Source: Eledone cirrhosa (Eukaryota). From it: 64,000 bases of DNA. Shown here piece after piece: positions 53,501 to 62,000 of the stretch (positions within the stretch are counted from its first letter, which is position 1; the number at the start of each line of letters is the position of its first letter). Made by a program: the position numbers and the translations under genes. Where the stretch lies: assembly GCA_964016885.1 (NCBI GenBank), contig OZ024755.1, positions 9,486,001 to 9,550,000 on the forward strand. The letters are read 5' to 3'. The notes beneath the pieces were generated by a model that did not search any database, had not been told where the DNA came from, and worked only from the letters and a program-made list of their open reading frames with translations.

Positions 53501-56000
53501 TGGGTGACTGAAGTGGTGGCAGGAAGTTGTTACCTATTCATAAATTATACATATATACACACATATACATATATATATATATATACATATCATTATCATC
53601 ATCATCATCGTTTAACATCCATCTTCCACGCTAGCATGGGTTAGACGGGAGTTATGCCACTTGAGGCAAAGTTGGTCGGGTGACCATGTCTCGCTCATAT
53701 AGGACTATCTGGCAGGCTTTCTACGGCTGGATGCCCTTCCTAACACCAACCACATTTACAGTGTGGAACTGGGAACTTTTTACCGTGTTACCTACATGGC
53801 CACATTACAGCGTGAGTTTTTTTTTTTTCTTTGTCGTGACACCTACACGATCTCAATCTCATTATCTCATTTATTTGGACTGGATGTTGCAGTACCAACT
53901 TTACAGAAAGAGGATGGTGTTGGTGGGAGTGGGAGGATATGGTAGGGGTAGTGGATTGGGGTGTATATTTGGTTAGGAGGTGCCTACTGACTGTAGGTTT
54001 TGTTTTGTACATAGGCAAGGTGGGTCTTCTGTATTACTGCGTAGCGCCAAAGATCTCGGTCCAGTGACATTGTCTTAGAGAAGTGCAAGTGTGTAAGGTC
54101 GGAATTTATCAGATCGTCCCAGGTTTTTCTGGGTCTACCTACTCTGTAACTACCATCAATTTTGATCGCCTGGCACTTTTTTATGCAGCTGTCGTCTTTC
54201 ATGCGCACCTCTCTAAGACAATGTCACTCGACCGAGATCTTTGGCGCCATGCATTAATACAGAAGACCCACCTTGCTTATGTACAAAGCGAAACCTACAG
54301 TCAATAGGCACCTCTTAACCAAATATACACCCCAATCCACCCAATCCGCTCTGACCTGTCTGGTCTCAGACTGTGACAACCCATCAAACCCATACAACAG
54401 TAGAAAGCAAATTTCAAATAGTGATGTAGATGATGATGCCAATGATGCTGATGATGACGAAGATGATGACACTGATGATGGTGTTGGTGCTGATGGTGAT
54501 GATTATGGTGGTGGTGGTGGTGGTGATGACATAGATGATGATGGTGGTAATGATGATGACAACAATAATGATGACAACAATAATGATAAGGATGATAATG
54601 ATTATGTTGATGGTGGTGATGATGATGATAATAATGATGATGATGATGACAATGATGACAACTGAAATAATGTTAATAATTACCTTTATGTATGTTGTAC
54701 TGCATTCTTCAGAACCTCCTAATGGTACCTTGGTAACATTTAACTGGATCTTTTTCCCAGGATGGACAGAAATAACCCAGGCACAAGATTTATCAGTGTG
54801 ATGATAATATAATCTTAATTTCCTTTGCTGTTGTTTATATCTTCTAATACAACCTAAATACAATAATTCAACACATTTATCAACAGAATCAAATTTCATT
54901 TGAATGAAAATTTGATACCCTCCTTTTAAAGGGTAAAGAAATGAAAAATGAAACAAAATTCACAGCTCACATCTATAAAGATTTCAGCTGGTCTCATAAG
55001 GTTGCATCTCATAGGAGGTTTCTTGGCTGTTTTAATGATAATGACCCTAGTCCTATTATGAATGTATATGCATATATATAGATAGATAGATATATATGTG
55101 TGTGTGTGTGTGTGTGTGCATGCATGTATGTATATTTATATGTGTGTGTGTGTGTGTGCATGTATGTATATTTATATGTGTGTGTATGTGTGTGCATGTA
55201 TGTATATTTATATGTGTGTGTGAGTGTGCATGTATGTATATTTATATGTGTGCATGTGTGTATATATATATATGTGTGTGTGTGTCTGCATCTATATATA
55301 TATATCATCATCATCATCGCAATTTAACTTCCATTTTTCCACACTAGCATGGGTTAGATGAGTTGTCCTGTTGTGAGCAATGCCAGGTCAGGTGACCATG
55401 TTTTGCTCATACAATACTCATATATTGAGAACCTTATTTAATGTAGTTACCCCCGACTCAACTCACAATATCTACTTATATATATGTGTGTGTGTATATG
55501 TATATATATATATATATATATGTGTCTCCTCTGTGTCACTTTTGAGCTGACTTTTGGGATGCTCCCATACAGCTCTGAGTTTTTCATCCTCAGTGTATAC
55601 TGATTAATGTTCAGAGCCATCCTCAGCATTCTCGTGTAGCACCCATCCACCATCTGAGTGAGTCTCTTGGTCAGTGTCCAAGTCTCAGACCCATACAGCA
55701 GCACAGACTCCACTATAGCAATGAAGAGGCGGATTTTCAGAGGAGACTGAGGTTGGCTGGACATGCTCACCGACATCCAGAGTTGACATTGCACTCAGTG
55801 CTCCTTTGGGAGCCCCTACATGGACACACTAGAAGAGGAAGACCAAGGTTAACATATGTTGATGCCCTAAGGACAGACACTGGTCTGTTGGAGATGCAGG
55901 ATATGGCAGCGATAATGAGGGACAGAGACCGCTGGAGAGAACTCGTCCATGGATCTCGGGAATTTTACCCGCCTTAGATAGATAGATATATGTGTGTGTG

Positions 56001-56057
<57 letters not shown>

Positions 56058-59000
56058 ATGAGTATAACCGAAGTTGCAGCTGTGAATAGCAGATTCGCAT
56101 CCGATTTTCGAAGGCTATCACAAAACCACAAAGCTGAGAGAGCAGTCAATAATATATGTATTATATAATTAAAGTCACAAATACTGCAAATTTTCACAAC
56201 AATTTCACTACCAGATACTATAGACATTTGAATTAGCAAGCCTATGTTTAGACATTTTCTGCTAAATCATTCTAGGGTGTTGATAAATAAAACAAAAATA
56301 TAAAACAGTAATTTTGTAAATAATTTACCCAACTGGAAATATTCTAATCTGAAACCAGGTCTCCTGAGAGATGAATCAGTGTGAAAGTATAGTCTTAAAC
56401 TTGATTTTGTAGACCTTAATTCATCTGGTAACTTATTTCCACAAAATTTTCCAATCAAAGGACTATCACTTTTATCTCCATCACGAACCTTTGAAATATG
56501 AAAGAAAGTACCATTTAGTTATTTAGTTTTCATAATTATTCAAATAAATACACTCTTTTATTATTTTACTGGTTTCATTAATTACACAGCAGTCATGCTG
56601 AAGCACCACCTTAAAGAGATTTTAGTCAATGATATCAACCCCTAGTACTGAATTTTATCAACCTCTTTTTTGTCAAATCACTAATTTACAGAACATATAC
56701 ATAAACACACACATGGCGGTGTCATACCCAAAGACTGGTGCAGCAGTATTCTCATAAATTACTACAAAAGTAAAGGGGATGCTCCGGAGAGAAGCAAATA
56801 TAGGGGCATAAAACTGATGGATCAGGTTATGAAAGTGGCAGAGAGAATATTAGCGCAACTGATTAGAGAAAGAGTCAAATTGGATGTAATGCAGTTTGGT
56901 TTTGTGCCTGGGAAAAGGACAAAAGATGCCCTCTTCTTAATGAGACAACTACAAGAGAGGTTCTTAGAGATGATGATGATGTTGGTGATGGTGATGATGA
57001 TGATGGTGATGATGGTGATGGTGATGATGATTATCATCATATGTGTGTTTGTACTTTTGCCTGTTTGTACGGTGGGTTTCTGCAATTTCTGTTAACCAAA
57101 CTTCCACAGAAAAGACATAGGTCAACCCAAAGCTAAAGCTAAAGCAGAAGACACTTGTCTAAAGTGCTGCACAGTGGAACTAAACCCCAGAGCCATGTGA
57201 TCTTTCAAGCAAACTCGTTAACTACATAAAATATGAAACAGAAAAACAAAACAATTTACTTACTTCTAGATAATCAAATTTGCAATTAAAATAATCTTCC
57301 AAGTTAAAATGTGAAAATACAATTTGGATTTTGTGCATATAAAGGCTCCTGATAATCCAAGTGCAGTGAAGATTGTTGGTGTAGGGATTTGGGTAACCTG
57401 CTGACTCTATCACTCCTTGCAGATCTGTTAATTCCATATCACTGCACACTGAAAAAATATATTTTTTTTTTTTTTACATTAAAATTTTGTAATAATTCTT
57501 TTCATCATCATCATCATTTAACATCTATTTACCATGCTAGCATGGATTAGACAGGTTTGTCCCATTAGAGGAAAATTGGGTCGGGTGACCGTGTCTCACT
57601 CATATAGGACTGTTTCTGGCTGGTTTTCTACGAGTGGATACCGTTCCTAATGCCAACCAAATTTACAGTGTGTGCTGGGTGCTGTTTGCCATGTCTCCTA
57701 CGTGACCACTTTGCAGTATCAGCTGGATGCTTTGTGACGTGACACCTACACAACCACTTTTGATTCTAAATATTAAGTGTGAAAGCGTATGGCTTAGTGA
57801 TTAGGGCATTAGGTTCATAATCGTAAGGTTATGAGTTTAATTCTTGGCAGCATGTTGTGTCCTTGAGCAAGACACTTTATTTCGTGTTGCTCCAGTTCAC
57901 TCAGCTGACAAAAATTAGTTGTACCTGTAATTTGAAGGGCCAGCCTTGTTGCATTCTGTTGTGCCATGTTGAATCTCCTTGAGAACTACATTAAGGGCAT
58001 GGGTGTTTGTGGAATGCTCAGTCACTTGCACATTAATTTCATGAGCAGACTGTTCCATTGATAGTGTCAACTGGAACACTCGTCATTATAACAGATGGAG
58101 TGCCAGTTTTTTAATGTATATTAAGTTGTGCTAATAGCATATGAAGTTGTATCTTTATTATTATTATTATCACTGTTTAGCGTCTATTGTTCATACCTGC
58201 ATGTGTTAGACAGCTGTCATGTGCTGAGGCCAGACCAGTCAGGTGACTAGGTCCTGCTCATATGCTTTGTTTTGGCTTTATTTCTACAGCTAAATACCTT
58301 TCCTAATGCCAGCCACTTTACAGCATGTACTGAGAGCAAAGTTTTTATGGCTGGATGCCCTTCCTAACACCAATTTTACAGTGTGTATATATACAGGATA
58401 GAAGTAACTGAGGCTATGTAAATGTGAATATAAATTTACACATTTTATTAGTATACAGACTGGGACCACAAGAAGCCTGCAGATAGATTCCCACACACAA
58501 GAGAACACTCCCCCACTTAGTCCAAACTCGCATCACTGGGGTAGCAATGTTAGTGTTACAATTAAGGTGTTTTAGTGGATTGGCAGTATTGGTAGAGAGT
58601 CAGACACTATGCTTTGCAGTATAGATTTATGGCCCTTTACGTTCTGAGTTCAAATCCCTCCGAGGTTAACTTTGCCTTTCATCCTTACAGGGTCGATAAA
58701 ATAAAGCATCAGTAATGCACTGGAGAAATTGCTGGCCTTGTGCCAAAGGTAGTAACAATAATTAAGGTGTTAATGTATGTACTTACCTGTCTGATAGGAG
58801 AGTTTAAAACCCCGATCTGAGTAAGAGCCATCAGTTTTAAATTTGATGAATAATTGGTTAGATGATGAAGTTAGTGTTGGGGGTATTTGCATTCCACAAT
58901 ATCTCCCTAGCCTTACACCATATTGGTTGGGATCCCATATCTTGAACAAAAATATAAAATAAAATAACAGGTGGTGGTTTAGGTGATGAGGGTAGTGGTG

Positions 59001-62000
59001 GTGATGGTGGTGATGGTGGTGGTGGTGTGAATGTGGCAGTGGCTGCAGTGTTGTTGTTGTAGGTGGTGGTGGTGGCGGTGGTGGTGTGAATGTGGCAGTG
59101 TAGATAGTGGTGGCAGTGGCTGCAGTGTTTTGTTGGTGGTGGATATGGTGGTGGTGGTGTAGATAGTGGTGGCAGTGGCTGCAATGTTGTTGTTGTTAGT
59201 GGTGGTGATGGTGGTGGTGGTGGCAGTGGTTGCAGTGTTGTGGTGGTGGTGGTGGTGGCAATGGTTGCAGTGTTGTTGTTGTTGGTGGTGGTGGTGGTGG
59301 TGGCAGTGGTTGCAGTGTTGTTGGTGGTGGTGGTGGTGATCATGAGGTCTGTTGTGGTGTTGTTGGATGTTGGGGTGTTGTTGGATGTTGGGGTGTTGTT
59401 GGATGTTGGGGTGTTGTGGTGGTAAGGTCCGTTGTGGTGTTGTTGGATGTAGTGGTGATGGTAGTGGTGTTTGTGGTGGTGAGGTCTGTTGTGGTGCTGT
59501 TGGATGTAGTGGTGATGGTAGTGGTGTTTGTGGTGGTGAGGTCTGTTGTGATGCTGTTGGATGTAGTGGTGATGGTAGTGGTGTTTGTGGTGGTGAGGTC
59601 TGTTGTGGTGCTGTTGGATATAGTGGTGTTTGTGGTGGTGAGGTCTGTTGTGGTGCTGTTGGATATAGTGGTAATGATAGTGGTGTTTGTGGTGGTGTGC
59701 CATTACTTACCTCTAAATAATCATAGTGACAAGGTTTTTCCATCTGAAAGTCAAGGAACCTAACATTGATTTTATTAGCAGCTGCGACTTTTATGTGCCA
59801 CATACACTCCGCCCTGTGGTAGTAAGACTGCGGGTAATGAGGAGATTCAATGGTAGTAGATAGGGAATACATCTCACCTCCACAGCCTGTAATGAAACAT
59901 TGAATTTAATGACTCACATCACCGTCATCAATTTCATCATCAACATCATTATCTCCATCATCATCATCAACATCAACAACGTCAACATCATCACATTATG
60001 GTCATCAATACCATCATCAACATCAACATCCTCAACATCAACATCATCATCAATATATCATCATCATCGTTAATATCATTGTAATCATCGTTAACATCAT
60101 TGTAATCATCGTTAACATCATTGTAATCCTCATTAACATCATCATCCTCATAATCATCATATTTATCACCAACATATCATCATCCTCATCAAAGGTATTC
60201 AGCAATTAGAAACAATATAGAGTGTGAGAGGACTTTTCTGTCTGGCCTAGCATGTAACAGCCTCTTTAGTGCTAGTGCCATAATAAAATGCACCCAGTAC
60301 ACACTGTACAGTTGTTGTGCTGGAGCCATGAAAAAACACACCCTGTACATCCCATAAGGTAGTTGACATTACAAAGGGAATTTTGAGGGTTCACTAAAAA
60401 TCATATATTATTTCATTTCTAAAATAGTAATTTTACATATGATTCTTATATAAAAGTATGTTGGAAGATTTTCGCTTAGATAAGAACCCTTTAAAATGGG
60501 TAGTTTTGTTTCATAGAACCAGCGCTGGTTTTAACTGGGATGCAATCAAAAGGTTTAAGAATACAAATACTTTTTATTCTCTCCATGCTACCCTATAACA
60601 AATTCATAATACTTACCTCTGGTCAGTGAATCATAGAGAATTTTAAAAGTTTGATTTTTTCCTGCGAGCAGATTTTTAAACTTAATTCGCAAGTGATTGG
60701 TGTGAGATAGAATTGTTTTGGGATATTTCTTGCCACAATATCGTCCCATAAGAGGAGAATTCTCCTGACTTCCTTGTCTAGAGGAAAATAATTCAACAAC
60801 TGATATAGGTTCCAAAACATAAACAAATTACAAACATAAACACAGAAATACACTCACATATACATATACTATAGTCATCACTTGCCATCAAGTAGTACTT
60901 GGTAGCATTTATCATGCTTTTGCTTAGAGTTCTTGGTACCGACACAAGCACCTCCTTGATTGTCTCTCCTTTGTTTCAGAGGAACATACATGATGTTGCA
61001 TATGATGCTGCACCAACATTTGACTGGTACTTTCTTTAAAGAACCCCGAAAAGATGAAAGGACAATGTGACACTTAGTGGGATTTGAATTCAGAACACAG
61101 AGACAAGGAGCAAATATCTAATGCTCTAACAACTCTGCCAAATTGACCACCTCCACACACACACAGACGATGGGTTTCTACACAGTTTCTGCCCACCAAA
61201 TTCCCCTCACAAAGATATTGGTCAACCTGTAGTGAACAGAATTAAATGTATTTTCCTTCGGCGGAAGAATAGTGTCACAGAGGTGGATTGGCTGAGGTGT
61301 GAGCCAATCAAAGCCCTCAGCGGATCGAGACAAGTTGCTGGACTACTTGGACCAGAGACAGAGTTGGCTGACAGGCAGAGAGACACAGAGTGTTCACTGA
61401 ACGACCAGCATCAAGAATCCGACATTTGATATGCCACATTCTTTTCACATCTCCACAGCCAACACTATGTGAAGACTTGCTCAAACTTCTCTTGTTATTT
61501 TCGATTCCATATTTGTACAACAAATAAAAGGGAATTTTTGTTATAACAGATTATGTCGTTTTTGTCATTGCCTTCTGAATCGATAAATATAATAATATCT
61601 CCAGCAACTGTTAATCAACATTATAAACCCAAGGCTAGAGTAGATACACTTGCCCAAGAAGCCACACGCTTAACAATTTATACCTATGTAGGTTTAGCTG
61701 GCCTCCTATGAGGTGGTATCTCATAGGAGGTTTCATGGATGTTTTAATGATAGAGGTCCCCCAGATCTATCATGAAAAGCCATGTGAAATGAAGTGCCTT
61801 GCTCCAGAACACAACACATCACAGTGTTCCAAAATCAAACCTACAACCATATAATCAGGAGTTCAGCCACCTAACCATTAGGTCACATGCCTAAAGTTAT
61901 TAACCATTAATAGTCAACAAATCTTTGGATTACATACCGTATCTCTATGTAAGAAAATAAGCAATTATGTAAACTATACACATGGAAGTTAGTAAAATTC

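Noticed and set aside
54273-54665. Poly-Asp ORF (similar tracts at 18600-18740 and 33770-33950)
   Set aside because: (GAT/GGT)n microsatellites.
58858-59763. His/Pro/Gly-rich ORFs
   Set aside because: Trinucleotide-derived low-complexity intron sequence. The real exons flank it with canonical splice sites.
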